DNA of 64,000 nucleotides from Mobula hypostoma (taxonomy: Eukaryota). Each line of letters starts with the position of its first letter. Position 1 is the first letter of the stretch. Positions 1-15,000 of this stretch are shown piece after piece. The notes beneath the pieces were generated by a model that was not told the origin of the DNA, did no database searches, and was given only the letters and a program-made list of their open reading frames with translations. The stretch spans positions 23,126,001-23,190,000 of the forward strand of contig NC_086121.1 of assembly GCF_963921235.1 (NCBI RefSeq), in the 5' to 3' direction. A program made the translations under genes and the position numbers.

Positions 1-3000
1 TCCCCTGAGAGAGAAGGACTGAGAGACACCGGTCAGGGTACAGATCTCCCCCTGAGAGAGAGGGACCGAGAGGCACCGGTCAGTGTACAGATCTCCCCCT
101 GAGAGAGAGAGGGACAGAGAGACGCCAGTCAGTGTACAGATCACCCCTGAGAGAGAGGGACCGAGAGACACCGGACAGTGTACAGATCTCCCCCTGAGAG
201 AGAGGAACTGAGAGACACAGGTCAGTGTACAGATCTCCCCCTGAGAGAGAGGGACTGAGAGACACCGGTCAGTGTACAGATCTCCCCCTGAGAGAGAGGG
301 ACTGACAGACACCGGTCAGTGTACAGATCTCCCCCTGAGAGAGAGGGACTGATAGACACCGGTCAGTGTACAGATCTCCCCCTGAGAGAGAGAGGCTGAG
401 AGACACCGGTCAGTGTACAGATCTCCCCCTGAGAGAGAGGGACTGAGAGGCACCGGTCAGTGTACGGATCTCCCCCTGAGAGAGAGGGACTGAGCGACAC
501 CGGTCAGTGTACAGATCTCCCCCTGAGAGAGAGGGACTGAGAGACACCGGTCAGTGTACAGATCTCCCCCTGAGAGAGAGGGACTGAGAGACACCGGTCA
601 GTGTACAGATCTCCCGCTGAGAGAGAGGGGCTGAGAGACACCGGTCAGTGTACAGATCTCCCCCTGAGAGAGAGGGACTGAGAGACACGGGTCAGTGTAC
701 AGATCTCTCCCTGAGAGAGAGGGACTGAGAGGCACTGGTCAGTGTACAGATCTCCCCCTGAGAGAGAGGGACTGAGAGACACCGGTCAGTGTACAGATCT
801 CCCCCTGAGAGAGAGGGACTGAGAGACACCGGTCAGTGTACAGATCTCCCCCTGAGAGAGAGGGACTGAGAGACACCGGTCAGTGTACAGATCTCCCCCT
901 GAGAGAGAGGGACCGAGAGGCACCGGTCAGTGTACAGATCTCCCCCTGAGAGAGAGGGGCTGAGAGACACCGGTCAGTGTACAGATCTCCCCCTGAGAGA
1001 GAGGGACTGAGAGACACCGGTCAGTGTACAGATCTCCCCCTGAGAGAGAGGGACTGAGAGACACCGGTCAGTGTACAGATCTCCCCCTGAGAGAGAGGGA
1101 CGGAGAGACACCGGTCAGTGTACAGATCTCCCCCTGAGAGAGAGGGACCGAGAGACACCGGTCAGTTTACAGATCTCCCCCTGAGAGAGAGGGACTGAGA
1201 GACACCGGTCAGTGTACAGATCTCCCCCTGAGAGAGAGGGACTGACAGACACCGGTCAGTGTACAGATCTCCCCCTGAGAGAGAGGGACTGAGAGACACC
1301 GGTCAGTGTACAGATCTTCCCCTGAGAGAGAGGGACTGACAGACACCGGTCAGTGTACAGATCTCCCCCTGAGAGAGAGGGACTGAGAGACACCGGTCAG
1401 TGTACAGATCTTCCCCTGAGAGAGAGGGACTGAGAGACACCGGTCAGTGTACTGATCTCCCCTGAGAGAGAAGGACTGAGAGACACCGGTCAGGGTACAG
1501 ATCTCCCCCTGAGAGAGAGAGGGACTGAGAGACACCGGTCAGTGTACCGATCTCCCTTGGAGAGTGAGGGACCGAGAGACACCGGTCAGTGTACAGATCT
1601 CCCCCTGAGAGAGAGGGACTGAGAGACACCGGTCAGTGTACAGATCTCCCCCTGAGAGAGAGAGTGATTGAGAGACACCGGTCAGTGTACAGATCTCCCC
1701 CTGAGAGAGAGGGACTGAGAGACACCGGTCAGTGTACAGATCTTCCCCTGAGAGAGAGGGACTGAGAGACACCGGTCAGTGTACAGATCTCCCCCTGAGA
1801 GAGAGGGACTGAGAGACACCGGTCAGTGTACAGATCTCCCCCTGAGAGAGAGGGACTGAGAGACACCGGTCAGTGTACTGATCTCCCCCTGAGAGAGAAG
1901 GACTGAGAGACACCGGTCAGGGTACAGATCTCCCCCTGAGAGAGAGGGACCGAGAGGCACCGGTCAGTGTACAGATCTCCCCCTGAGAGAGAGAGGGACT
2001 GAGAGACGCCGGTCAGTGTACAGATCACCCCTGAGAGAGAGGGACCGAGAGACACCGGACAGTGTACAGATCTCCCCCTGAGAGAGAGGAACTGAGAGAC
2101 ACAGGTCAGTGTACAGATCTCCCCCTGAGAGAGAGGGACTGAGAGACACCGGTCAGTGTACAGATCTCCCCCTGAGAGAGAGGGACTGACAGACACCGGT
2201 CAGTGTACAGATCTCCCCCTGAGAGAGAGGGACTGAGAGACACCGGTCAGTGTACAGATCTCCCCCTGAGAGAGAGGGACTGAGAGACACCGGTCAGTGT
2301 ACAGATCTTCCCCTGAGAGAGAGGGACTGAGAGACACCGGTCAGTGTACAGATCTTCCCCTGAGAGAGAGGGACTGAGAGACACCGGTCAGTGTACAGAT
2401 CTCCCCCTGAGAGAGAGGGACTGATAGACACCGGTCAGTGTACAGATCTCCCCCTGAGAGAGAGGGACTGAGAGGCACCGGTCAGTGTACAGATCTCCCC
2501 CTGAGAGAGAGGGACTGAGCGACACCGGTCAGTGTACGGATCTCCCCCTGAGAGAGAGGGACTGAGCGACACCGGTCAGTGTACAGATCTCCCCCTGAGA
2601 GAGAGGGACTGAGAGACACCGGTCAGTGTACAGATCTCCCCCTGAGAGAGAGGGACTGAGAGACACCGGTCAGTGTACAGATCTCCCCCTGAGAGAGAGG
2701 GACTGAGAGACACCGGTCAGTGTACAGATCTCCCCCTGAGAGAGAGGGACTGAGAGACACCGGTCAGTGTACAGATCTCCCCCTGAGAGAGAGGGACTGA
2801 GAGACACCGGTCAGTGTACAGATCTCCCGCTGAGAGAGAGGGACTGAGAGACACCGGTCAGTGTACAGATCTCCTGCTGAGAGAGAGGGGCTGAGAGACA
2901 CCGGTCAGTGTACAGATCTCCCCCTGAGAGAGAGGGACTGAGAGACACGGGTCAGTGTACAGATCTCCCCCTGAGAGAGAGGGACTGAGAGACACCGGTC

Positions 3001-6000
3001 AGTGTACAGATCTCCCCCTGAGAGAGAGGGACTGAGAGACACCGGTCAGTGTACAGATCTCCCCCTGAGAGAGAGGGACCGAGAGGCACCGGTCAGTGTA
3101 CAGATCTCCCCCTGAGAGAGAGGGGCTGAGAGACACCGGTCAGTGTACAGATCTCCCCCTGAGAGAGAGGGACTGAGAGACACCGGTCAGTGTACAGATC
3201 TCCCCCTGAGAGAGAGGGACTGAGAGTCACCGGTCAGTGTACAGATCTCCCCCTGAGAGAGAGGGACTGAGAGTCACCGGTCAGTGTACAGATCTCCCCC
3301 TGAGAGAGAGGGACTGAGAGTCACCGGTCAGTGTACAGATCTCCCCTTGAGAGAGAGGGACTGAGAGACACCGGTCAGTGTAAAGATTTCCCCCTGAGAG
3401 AGAGGGACTGAGAGACACCGGTCAGTGTACCGATCTCCCTTGGAGAGTGAGGGACCGAGAGACACCGGTCAGTGTACCGATCTCCCCCTGAGAGAGAGGG
3501 ACTGAGAGACACCGGTCAGTGTACAGATCTCCCCCTGAGAGAGAGAGTGACTGAGAGACACCGGTCAGTGTACAGATCTCCCCCTGAGAGAGAGGGACTG
3601 ACAGACACCGGTCAGTGTACAGATCTTCCCCTGAGAGAGAGGGACTGAGAGACACCGGTCAGTGTACAGATCTCCCCCTGAGAGAGAGGGACTGAGAGAC
3701 ACCGGTCAGTGTACAGATCTCCCCCTGAGAGAGAGGGACTGAGAGACACCGGTCAGTGTACTGATCTCCCCTGAGAGAGAAGGACTGAGAGACACCGGTC
3801 AGGGTACAGATCTCCCCCTGAGAGAGAGGGACCGAGAGGCACCGGTCAGTGTACAGATCTCCCCCTGAGAGAGAGAGGGACTGAGAGACGCCAGTCAGTG
3901 TACAGATCACCCCTGAGAGAGAGGGACCGAGAGACACCGGACAGTGTACAGATCTCCCCCTGAGAGAGAGGAACTGAGAGACACAGGTCAGTGTACAGAT
4001 CTCCCCCTGAGAGAGAGAGAGGGACTGAGAGACACCGGTCAGTGTACAGATCTCCCCCTGAGAGAGAGGGACTGAGAGACACCGGTCAGTGTACAGATCT
4101 CCCCCTGAGAGAGAGGGACTGATAGACACCGGTCAGTGTACAGATCTCCCCCTGAGAGAGAGAGGCTGAGAGACACCGGTCAGTGTACAGATCTCCCGCT
4201 GAGAGAGAGGGACTGAGAGGCACCGGTCAGTGTACAGATCTCCCCCTGAGAGAGAGGGACTGAGCGACACGGGTCAGTGTACAGATCTCCCCCTGAGAGA
4301 GAGGGACTGAGAGACACCGGTCAGTGTACAGATCTCCCCCTGAGAGAGAGGGACTGAGAGACACCGGTCAGTGTACAGATCTCCCCCTGAGAGAGAGGGA
4401 CCGAGAGGCACCGGTCAGTGTACAGATCTCCCCCTGAGAGAGAGGGGCTGAGAGACACCGGTCAGTGTACACATCTCCCCCTGAGAGAGAGGGTCTGAGA
4501 GACACCGGTCAGTGTACAGATCTCCCCCTGAGAGAGAGGGACTGAGAGACACCGGTCAGTGTACAGATCTCCCCCTGAGAGAGAGGGACTGAGAGACACC
4601 GGTCAGTGTACAGATCTCCCCCTGAGAGAGAGGGACCGAGAGACACCGGTCAGTTTACAGATCTCCCCCTGAGAGAGAGGGACCGAGAGGCACCGGTCAG
4701 TGTACAGATCTCCCCCTGAGAGAGAGGGACTGAGAGACACCGGTCAGTGTACAGATCTCCCCCTGAGAGAGAGGGACTGAGAGACACCGGTCAGTGTACA
4801 GATCTTCCCCTGAGAGAGAGGGACTGAGAGACACCGGTCAGTGTACAGATCTCCCCCTGAGAGAGAGGGACTGAGAGACACCGGTCAGTGTACTGATCTC
4901 CCCTGAGAGAGAAGGACTGAGAGACACCGGTCAGGGTACAGATCTCCCCCTGAGAGAGAGGGACTGAGAGACACCGGTCAGTGTACAGATCACCCCTGAG
5001 AGAGAGGGACCGAGAGACACCGGACAGTGTACAGATCTCCCCCTGAGAGAGAGGTACTGAGAGACACAGGTCAGTGTACAGATCTCCCCCTGAGAGAGAG
5101 GGACTGAGAGACACCGGTCAGTGTACAGATCTCCCCCTGAGAGAGAGGGACTGACAGACACCGGTCAGTGTACAGATCTCCCCCTGAGAGAGAGGGACTG
5201 GTAGACACCGGTCAGTGTACAGATCTCCCCCTGAGAGAGAGAGGCTGAGAGACACCGGTCAGTGTACAGATCTCCCCCTGAGAGAGAGGGACTGAGAGAC
5301 ACCGGTCAGTGTCCAGATCTCCCCCTGAGAGAGAGGGACTGAGAGACACCGGTCAGTGTACAGATCTCCCCCTGAGAGAGAGGGACTGAGAGACACCGGT
5401 CAGTGTACAGATCTCCCGCTGAGAGAGAGGGACTGAGAGACACCGGTCAGTGTACAGATCTCCCGCTGAGAGAGAGGGACTGAGAGACACCGGTCAGTGT
5501 ACAGATCTCCCGCTGAGAGAGAGGGGCTGAGAGACACCGGTCAGTGTACAGATCTCCCCCTGAGAGAGAGGGACTGAGAGACATGGGTCAGTGTACAGAT
5601 CTCTCCCTGAGAGAGAGGGACTGAGAGACACCGGTCAGTGTACAGATCTCCCCCTGAGAGAGAGGGACTGAGAGACACCGGTCAGTGTACAGATCTCCCC
5701 CTGAGAGAGAGAGACTAAGAGACACCGGTCTGTGTACAGATCTCCCCCTGAGAGAGAGGGACCGAGAGGCACCGGTCAGTGTACAGATCTCCCCCTGAGA
5801 GAGAGGGGCTGAGAGACACCGGTCAGTGTACAGATCTCCCCCTGAGAGAGAGGGACTGAGAGACACCGGTCAGTGTACAGATCTCCCCCTGAGAGAGAGG
5901 GACTGAGAGACACCGGTCAGTGTACAGATCTCCCCCTGAGAGAGAGGGACTGAGAGACACCGGTCAGTGTACAGATCTCCCCCTGAGAGAGAGGGACTGA

Positions 6001-9000
6001 GAGACACCGGTCAGTGTACTGATCTCCCCTGAGAGAGAAGGACTGAGAGACACCGGTCAGGGTACAGATCTCCCCCTGAGAGAGAGGGACCGAGAGGCAC
6101 CGGTCAGTGTACAGATCTCCCCCTGAGAGAGAGAGGGACTGAGAGACGCCAGTCAGTGTACAGATCACCCCTGAGAGAGAGGGACCGAGAGACACCGGAC
6201 AGTGTACAGATCTCCCCCTGAGAGAGAGGAACTGAGAGACACAGGTCAGTGTACAGATCTCCCCCTGAGAGAGAGGGACTGAGAGACACCGGTCAGTGTA
6301 CAGATCTCCCCCTGAGAGAGAGGGACTGACAGACACCGGTCAGTGTACAGATCTCCCCCTGAGAGAGAGGGACTGATAGACACCGGTCAGTGTACAGATC
6401 TCCCCCTGAGAGAGAGAGGCTGAGAGACACCGGTCAGTGTACAGATCTCCCCCTGAGAGAGAGGGACTGAGAGGCACCGGTCAGTGTACAGATCTCCCCC
6501 TGAGAGAGAGGGACTGAGCGACACCGGTCAGTGTACAGATCTCCCCCTGAGAGAGAGGGACTGAGAGACACCGGTCAGTGTACAGATCTCCCCCTGAGAG
6601 AGAGGGACTGAGAGACACCGGTCAGTGTACAGATCTCCCGCTGAGAGAGAGGGGCTGAGAGACACCGGTCAGTGTACAGATCTCCCCCTGAGAGAGAGGG
6701 ACTGAGAGACACGGGTCAGTGTACAGATCTCTCCCTGAGAGAGAGGGACTGAGAGGCACTGGTCAGTGTACAGATCTCCCCCTGAGAGAGAGGGACTGAG
6801 AGACACCGGTCAGTGTACAGATCTCCCCCTGAGAGAGAGGGACTGAGAGACACCGGTCAGTGTACAGATCTCCCCCTTAGAGAGAGGGACTGAGAGACAC
6901 CGGTCAGTGTACAGATCTCCCCCTGAGAGAGAGGGACCGAGAGGCACCGGTCAGTGTACAGATCTCCCCCTGAGAGAGAGGGGCTGAGAGACACCGGTCA
7001 GTGTACAGATCTCCCCCTGAGAGAGAGGGACTGAGAGACACCGGTCAGTGTACAGATCTCCCCCTGAGAGAGAGGGACTGAGAGACACCGGTCAGTGTAC
7101 AGATCTCCCCCTGAGAGAGAGGGACGGAGAGACACCGGTCAGTGTACAGATCTCCCCCTGAGAGAGAGGGACCGAGAGACACCGGTCAGTTTACAGATCT
7201 CCCCCTGAGAGAGCGGGACTGAGAGACACCGGTCAGTGTACAGATCTCCCCCTGAGAGAGAGGGACTGACAGACACCGGTCAGTGTACAGATCTCCCCCT
7301 GAGAGAGAGGGACTGAGAGACACCGGTCAGTGTACAGATCTTCCCCTGAGAGAGAGGGACTGACAGACACCGGTCAGTGTACAGATCTCCCCCTGAGAGA
7401 GAGGGACTGAGAGACACCGGTCAGTGTACAGATCTTCCCCTGAGAGAGAGGGACTGAGAGACACCGGTCAGTGTACTGATCTCCCCTGAGAGAGAAGGAC
7501 TGAGAGACACCGGTCAGGGTACAGATCTCCCCCTGAGAGAGAGAGGGACTGAGAGACACCGGTCAGTGTACCGATCTCCCTTGGAGAGTGAGGGACCGAG
7601 AGACACCGGTCAGTGTACAGATCTCCCCCTGAGAGAGAGGGACTGAGAGACACCGGTCAGTGTACAGATCTCCCCCTGAGAAAGAGAGTGATTGAGAGAC
7701 ACCGGTCAGTGTACAGATCTCCCCCTGAGAGAGAGGGACTGAGAGACACCGGTCAGTGTACAGATCTTCCCCTGAGAGAGAGGGACTGAGAGACACCGGT
7801 CAGTGTACAGATCTCCCCCTCAGAGAGAGGGACTGAGAGACACCGGTCAGTGTACAGATCTCCCCCTGAGAGAGAGGGACTGAGAGACACCGGTCAGTGT
7901 ACTGATCTCCCCTGAGAGAGAAGGACTGAGAGACACCGGTCAGGGTACAGATCTCCCCCTGAGAGAGAGGGACCGAGAGGCACCGGTCAGTGTACAGATC
8001 TCCCCCTGAGAGAGAGAGGGACTGAGAGACGCCGGTCAGTGTACAGATCACCCCTGAGAGAGAGGGACCGAGAGACACCGGACAGTGTACAGATCTCCCC
8101 CTGAGAGAGAGGAACTGAGAGACACAGGTCAGTGTACAGATCTCCCCCTGAGAGAGAGGGACTGAGAGACACCGGTCAGTGTACAGATCTCCCCCTGAGA
8201 GAGAGGGACTGACAGACACCGGTCAGTGTACAGATCTCCCCCTGAGAGAGGGGGACTGATAGACACCGGTCAGTGTACAGATCTCCCCCTGAGAGAGAGG
8301 GACTGAGAGGCACCGGTCAGTGTACAGATCTCCCCCTGAGAGAGAGGGACTGAGCGACACCGGTCAGTGTACAGATCTCCCCCTGAGAGAGAGGGACTGA
8401 GCGACACCGGTCAGTGTACAGATCTCCCCCTGAGAGAGAGGGACTGAGAGACACCGGTCAGTGTACAGATCTCCCCCTGAGAGAGAGGGACTGAGAGACA
8501 CCGGTCAGTGTACAGATCTCCCCCTGAGAGAGAGGGACTGAGAGACACCGGTCAGTGTACAGATCTCCCCCTGAGAGAGAGGGACTGAGAGACACCGGTC
8601 AGTGTACAGATCTCCCCCTGAGAGAGAGGGACTGAGAGACACCGGTCAGTGTACAGATCTCCCGCTGAGAGAGAGGGATTGAGAGACACCGGTCAGTGTA
8701 CAGATCTCCTGCTGAGAGAGAGGGGCTGAGAGACACCGGTCAGTGTACAGATCTCCCCCTGAGAGAGAGGGACTGAGAGACACGGGTCAGTGTACAGATC
8801 TCCCCCTGAGAGAGAGGGACTGAGAGACACCGGTCAGTGTACAGATCTCCCCCTGAGAGAGAGGGACTGAGAGACACCGGTCAGTGTACAGATCTCCCCC
8901 TGAGAGAGAGGGACTGAGAGACACCGGTCAGTGTACAGATCTTCCCCTGAGAGAGAGGGACTGAGAGACACCGGTCAGTGTACAGATCTCCCCCTGAGAG

Positions 9001-12000
9001 AGAGGGACTGAGAGACACCGGTCAGTGTACAGATCTCCCCCTGAGAGAGAGGGACTGAGAGACACCGGTCAGTGTACTGATCTCCCCCTGAGAGAGAGGG
9101 ACTGAGAGACACCGGTCAGGGTACAGATCTCCCCCTGAGAGAGAGGGACCGAGAGGCACCGGTCAGTGTACAGATCTCCCCCTGAGAGAGAGAGGGACTG
9201 AGAGACGCCAGTCAGTGTACAGATCACCCCTGAGAGAGAGGGACCGAGAGACACCGGACAGTGTACAGATCTCCCCCTGAGAGAGAGGAACTGAGAGACA
9301 CAGGTCAGTGTACAGATCTCCCCCTGAGAGAGAGGGACTGAGAGACACCGGTCAGTGTACAGATCTCCCCCTGAGAGAGAGGGACTGACAGACACCGGTC
9401 AGTGTACAGATCTCCCCCTGAGAGAGAGGGACTGATAGACACCGGTCAGTGTACAGATCTCCCCCTGAGAGAGAGAGGCTGAGAGACACCGGTCAGTGTA
9501 CAGATCTCCCCCTGAGAGAGAGGGACTGAGAGGCACCGGTCAGTGTACAGATCTCCCCCTGAGAGAGAGGGACTGAGCGACACCGGTCAGTGTACAGATC
9601 TCCCCCTGAGAGAGAGGGACTGAGAGACACCGGTCAGTGTACAGATCTCCCCCTGAGAGAGAGGGACTGAGAGACACCGGTCAGTGTACAGATCTCCCGC
9701 TGAGAGAGAGGGGCTGAGAGACACCGGTCAGTGTACAGATCTCCCCCTGAGAGAGAGGGACTGAGAGACACGGGTCAGTGTACAGATCTCTCCCTGAGAG
9801 AGAGGGACTGAGAGACACCGGTCAGTGTACAGATCTCCCCCTGAGAGAGAGGGACTGAGAGACACCGGTCAGTGTACAGATCTCCCCCTGAGAGAGAGAG
9901 ACTAAGAGACACCGGTCTGTGTACAGATCTCCCCCTGAGAGAGAGGGACCGAGAGGCACCGGTCAGTGTACAGATCTCCCCCTGAGAGAGAGGGGCTGAG
10001 AGACACCGGTCAGTGTACAGATCTCCCCCTGAGAGAGAGGGACTGAGAGACACCGGTCAGTGTACAGATCTCCCCCTGAGAGAGAGGGACTGAGAGACAC
10101 CGGTCAGTGTACAGATCTCCCCCTGAGAGAGAGGGACTGAGAGACACCGGTCAGTGTACAGATCTCCCCCTGAGAGAGAGGGACTGAGAGACACCGGTCA
10201 GTGTACTGATCTCCCCTGAGAGAGAAGGACTGAGAGACACCGGTCAGGGTACAGATCTCCCCCTGAGAGAGAGGGACCGAGAGGCACCGGTCAGTGTACA
10301 GATCTCCCCCTGAGAGAGAGAGGGACTGAGAGACGCCAGTCAGTGTACAGATCACCCCTGAGAGAGAGGGACCGAGAGACACCGGACAGTGTACAGATCT
10401 CCCCCTGAGAGAGAGGAACTGAGAGACACAGGTCAGTGTACAGATCTCCCCCTGAGAGAGAGGGACTGAGAGACACCGGTCAGTGTACAGATCTCCCCCT
10501 GAGAGAGAGGGACTGACAGACACCGGTCAGTGTACAGATCTCCCCCTGAGAGAGAGGGACTGATAGACACCGGTCAGTGTACAGATCTCCCCCTGAGAGA
10601 GAGAGGCTGAGAGACACCGGTCAGTGTACAGATCTCCCCCTGAGAGAGAGGGACTGAGAGGCACCGGTCAGTGTACAGATCTCCCCCTGAGAGAGAGGGA
10701 CTGAGCGACACCGGTCAGTGTACAGATCTCCCCCTGAGAGAGAGGGACTGAGAGACACCGGTCAGTGTACAGATCTCCCCCTGAGAGAGAGGGACTGAGA
10801 GACACCGGTCAGTGTACAGATCTCCCGCTGAGAGAGAGGGGCTGAGAGACACCGGTCAGTGTACAGATCTCCCCCTGAGAGAGAGGGACTGAGAGACACG
10901 GGTCAGTGTACAGATCTCTCCCTGAGAGAGAGGGACTGAGAGGCACTGGTCAGTGTACAGATCTCCCCCTGAGAGAGAGGGACTGAGAGACACCGGTCAG
11001 TGTACAGATCTCCCCCTGAGAGAGAGGGACTGAGAGACACCGGTCAGTGTACAGATCTCCCCCTTAGAGAGAGGGACTGAGAGACACCGGTCAGTGTACA
11101 GATCTCCCCCTGAGAGAGAGGGACCGAGAGGCACCGGTCAGTGTACAGATCTCCCCCTGAGAGAGAGGGGCTGAGAGACACCGGTCAGTGTACAGATCTC
11201 CCCCTGAGAGAGAGGGACTGAGAGACACCGGTCAGTGTACAGATCTCCCCCTGAGAGAGAGGGACTGAGAGACACCGGTCAGTGTACAGATCTCCCCCTG
11301 AGAGAGAGGGACGGAGAGACACCGGTCAGTGTACAGATCTCCCCCTGAGAGAGAGGGACCGAGAGACACCGGTCAGTTTACAGATCTCCCCCTGAGAGAG
11401 AGGGACTGAGAGACACCGGTCAGTGTACAGATCTCCCCCTGAGAGAGAGGGACTGACAGACACCGGTCAGTGTACAGATCTCCCCCTGAGAGAGAGGGAC
11501 TGAGAGACACCGGTCAGTGTACAGATCTTCCCCTGAGAGAGAGGGACTGACAGACACCGGTCAGTGTACAGATCTCCCCCTGAGAGAGAGGGACTGAGAG
11601 ACACCGGTCAGTGTACAGATCTTCCCCTGAGAGAGAGGGACTGAGAGACACCGGTCAGTGTACTGATCTCCCCTGAGAGAGAAGGACTGAGAGACACCGG
11701 TCAGGGTACAGATCTCCCCCTGAGAGAGAGAGGGACTGAGAGACACCGGTCAGTGTACCGATCTCCCTTGGAGAGTGAGGGACCGAGAGACACCGGTCAG
11801 TGTACAGATCTCCCCCTGAGAGAGAGAGTGATTGAGAGACACCGGTCAGTGTACAGATCTCCCCCTGAGAGAGAGGGACTGAGAGACACCGGTCAGTGTA
11901 CAGATCTTCCCCTGAGAGAGAGGGACTGAGAGACACCGGTCAGTGTACAGATCTCCCCCTGAGAGAGAGGGACTGAGAGACACCGGTCAGTGTACAGATC

Positions 12001-15000
12001 TCCCCCTGAGAGAGAGGGACTGAGAGACACCGGTCAGTGTACTGATCTCCCCTGAGAGAGAAGGACTGAGAGACACCGGTCAGGGTACAGATCTCCCCCT
12101 GAGAGAGAGGGACCGAGAGGCACCGGTCAGTGTACAGATCTCCCCCTGAGAGAGAGAGGGACTGAGAGACGCCGGTCAGTGTACAGATCACCCCTGAGAG
12201 AGAGGGACCGAGAGACACCGGACAGTGTACAGATCTCCCCCTGAGAGAGAGGAACTGAGAGACACAGGTCAGTGTACAGATCTCCCCCTGAGAGAGAGGG
12301 ACTGAGAGACACCGGTCAGTGTACAGATCTCCCCCTGAGAGAGAGGGACTGACAGACACCGGTCAGTGTACAGATCTCCCCCTGAGAGAGGGGGACTGAT
12401 AGACACCGGTCAGTGTACAGATCTCCCCCTGAGAGAGAGGGACTGAGAGGCACCGGTCAGTGTACAGATCTCCCCCTGAGAGAGAGGGACTGAGCGACAC
12501 CGGTCAGTGTACAGATCTCCCCCTGAGAGAGAGGGACTGAGCGACACCGGTCAGTGTACAGATCTCCCCCTGAGAGAGAGGGACTGAGAGACACCGGTCA
12601 GTGTACAGATCTCCCCCTGAGAGAGAGGGACTGAGAGACACCGGTCAGTGTACAGATCTCCCCCTGAGAGAGAGGGACTGAGAGACACCGGTCAGTGTAC
12701 AGATCTCCCCCTGAGAGAGAGGGACTGAGAGACACCGGTCAGTGTACAGATCTCCCGCTGAGAGAGAGGGATTGAGAGACACCGGTCAGTGTACAGATCT
12801 CCTGCTGAGAGAGAGGGGCTGAGAGACACCGGTCAGTGTACAGATCTCCCCCTGAGAGAGAGGGACTGAGAGACACGGGTCAGTGTACAGATCTCCCCCT
12901 GAGAGAGAGGGACTGAGAGACACCGGTCAGTGTACAGATCTCCCCCTGAGAGAGAGGGACTGAGAGACACCGGTCAGTGTACAGATCTCCCCCTGAGAGA
13001 GAGGGACTGAGAGACACCGGTCAGTGTACAGATCTTCCCCTGAGAGAGAGGGACTGAGAGACACCGGTCAGTGTACAGATCTCCCCCTGAGAGAGAGGGA
13101 CTGAGAGACACCGGTCAGTGTACAGATCTCCCCCTGAGAGAGAGGGACTGAGAGACACCGGTCAGTGTACTGATCTCCCCTGAGAGAGAAGGACTGAGAG
13201 ACACCGGTCAGGGTACAGATCTCCCCCTGAGAGAGAGGGACCGAGAGGCACCGGTCAGTGTACAGATCTCCCCCTGAGAGAGAGAGGGACTGAGAGACGC
13301 CAGTCAGTGTACAGATCACCCCTGAGAGAGAGGGACCGAGAGACACCGGACAGTGTACAGATCTCCCCCTGAGAGAGAGGAACTGAGAGACACAGGTCAG
13401 TGTACAGATCTCCCCCTGAGAGAGAGGGACTGAGAGACACCGGTCAGTGTACAGATCTCCCCCTGAGAGAGAGGGACTGACAGACACCGGTCAGTGTACA
13501 GATCTCCCCCTGAGAGAGAGGGACTGATAGACACCGGTCAGTGTACAGATCTCCCCCTGAGAGAGAGAGGCTGAGAGACACCGGTCAGTGTACAGATCTC
13601 CCCCTGAGAGAGAGGGACTGAGAGGCACCGGTCAGTGTACAGATCTCCCCCTGAGAGAGAGGGACTGAGCGACACCGGTCAGTGTACAGATCTCCCCCTG
13701 AGAGAGAGGGACTGAGAGACACCGGTCAGTGTACAGATCTCCCCCTGAGAGAGAGGGACTGAGAGACACCGGTCAGTGTACAGATCTCCCGCTGAGAGAG
13801 AGGGGCTGAGAGACACCGGTCAGTGTACAGATCTCCCCCTGAGAGAGAGGGACTGAGAGACACGGGTCAGTGTACAGATCTCTCCCTGAGAGAGAGGGAC
13901 TGAGAGGCACTGGTCAGTGTACAGATCTCCCCCTGAGAGAGAGGGACTGAGAGACACCGGTCAGTGTACAGATCTCCCCCTGAGAGAGAGGGACTGAGAG
14001 ACACCGGTCAGTGTACAGATCTCCCCCTGAGAGAGAGGGACTGAGAGACACCGGTCAGTGTACAGATCTCCCCCTGAGAGAGAGGGACCGAGAGGCACCG
14101 GTCAGTGTACAGATCTCCCCCTGAGAGAGAGGGGCTGAGAGACACCGGTCAGTGTACAGATCTCCCCCTGAGAGAGAGGGACTGAGAGACACCGGTCAGT
14201 GTACAGATCTCCCCCTGAGAGAGAGGGACTGAGAGACACCGGTCAGTGTACAGATCTCCCCCTGAGAGAGAGGGACGGAGAGACACCGGTCAGTGTACAG
14301 ATCTCCCCCTGAGAGAGAGGGACCGAGAGACACCGGTCAGTTTACAGATCTCCCCCTGAGAGAGAGGGACTGAGAGACACCGGTCAGTGTACAGATCTCC
14401 CCCTGAGAGAGAGGGACTGAGAGACACCGGTCAGTGTACAGATCTCCCCCTGAGAGAGAGGGACTGAGAGACACCGGTCAGTGTACAGATCTTCCCCTGA
14501 GAGAGAGGGACTGACAGACACCGGTCAGTGTACAGATCTCCCCCTGAGAGAGAGGGACTGAGAGACACCGGTCAGTGTACAGATCTTCCCCTGAGAGAGA
14601 GGGACTGAGAGACACCGGTCAGTGTACTGATCTCCCCTGAGAGAGAAGGACTGAGAGACACCGGTCAGGGTACAGATCTCCCCCTGAGAGAGAGAGGGAC
14701 TGAGAGACACCGGTCAGTGTACCGATCTCCCTTGGAGAGTGAGGGACCGAGAGACACCGGTCAGTGTACAGATCTCCCCCTGAGAGAGAGGGACTGAGAG
14801 ACACCGGTCAGTGTACAGATCTCCCCCTGAGAGAGAGAGTGATTGAGAGACACCGGTCAGTGTACAGATCTCCCCCTGAGAGAGAGGGACTGAGAGACAC
14901 CGGTCAGCGTACAGATCTTCCCCTGAGAGAGAGGGACTGAGAGACACCGGTCAGTGTACAGATCTCCCCCTGAGAGAGAGGGACTGAGAGACACCGGTCA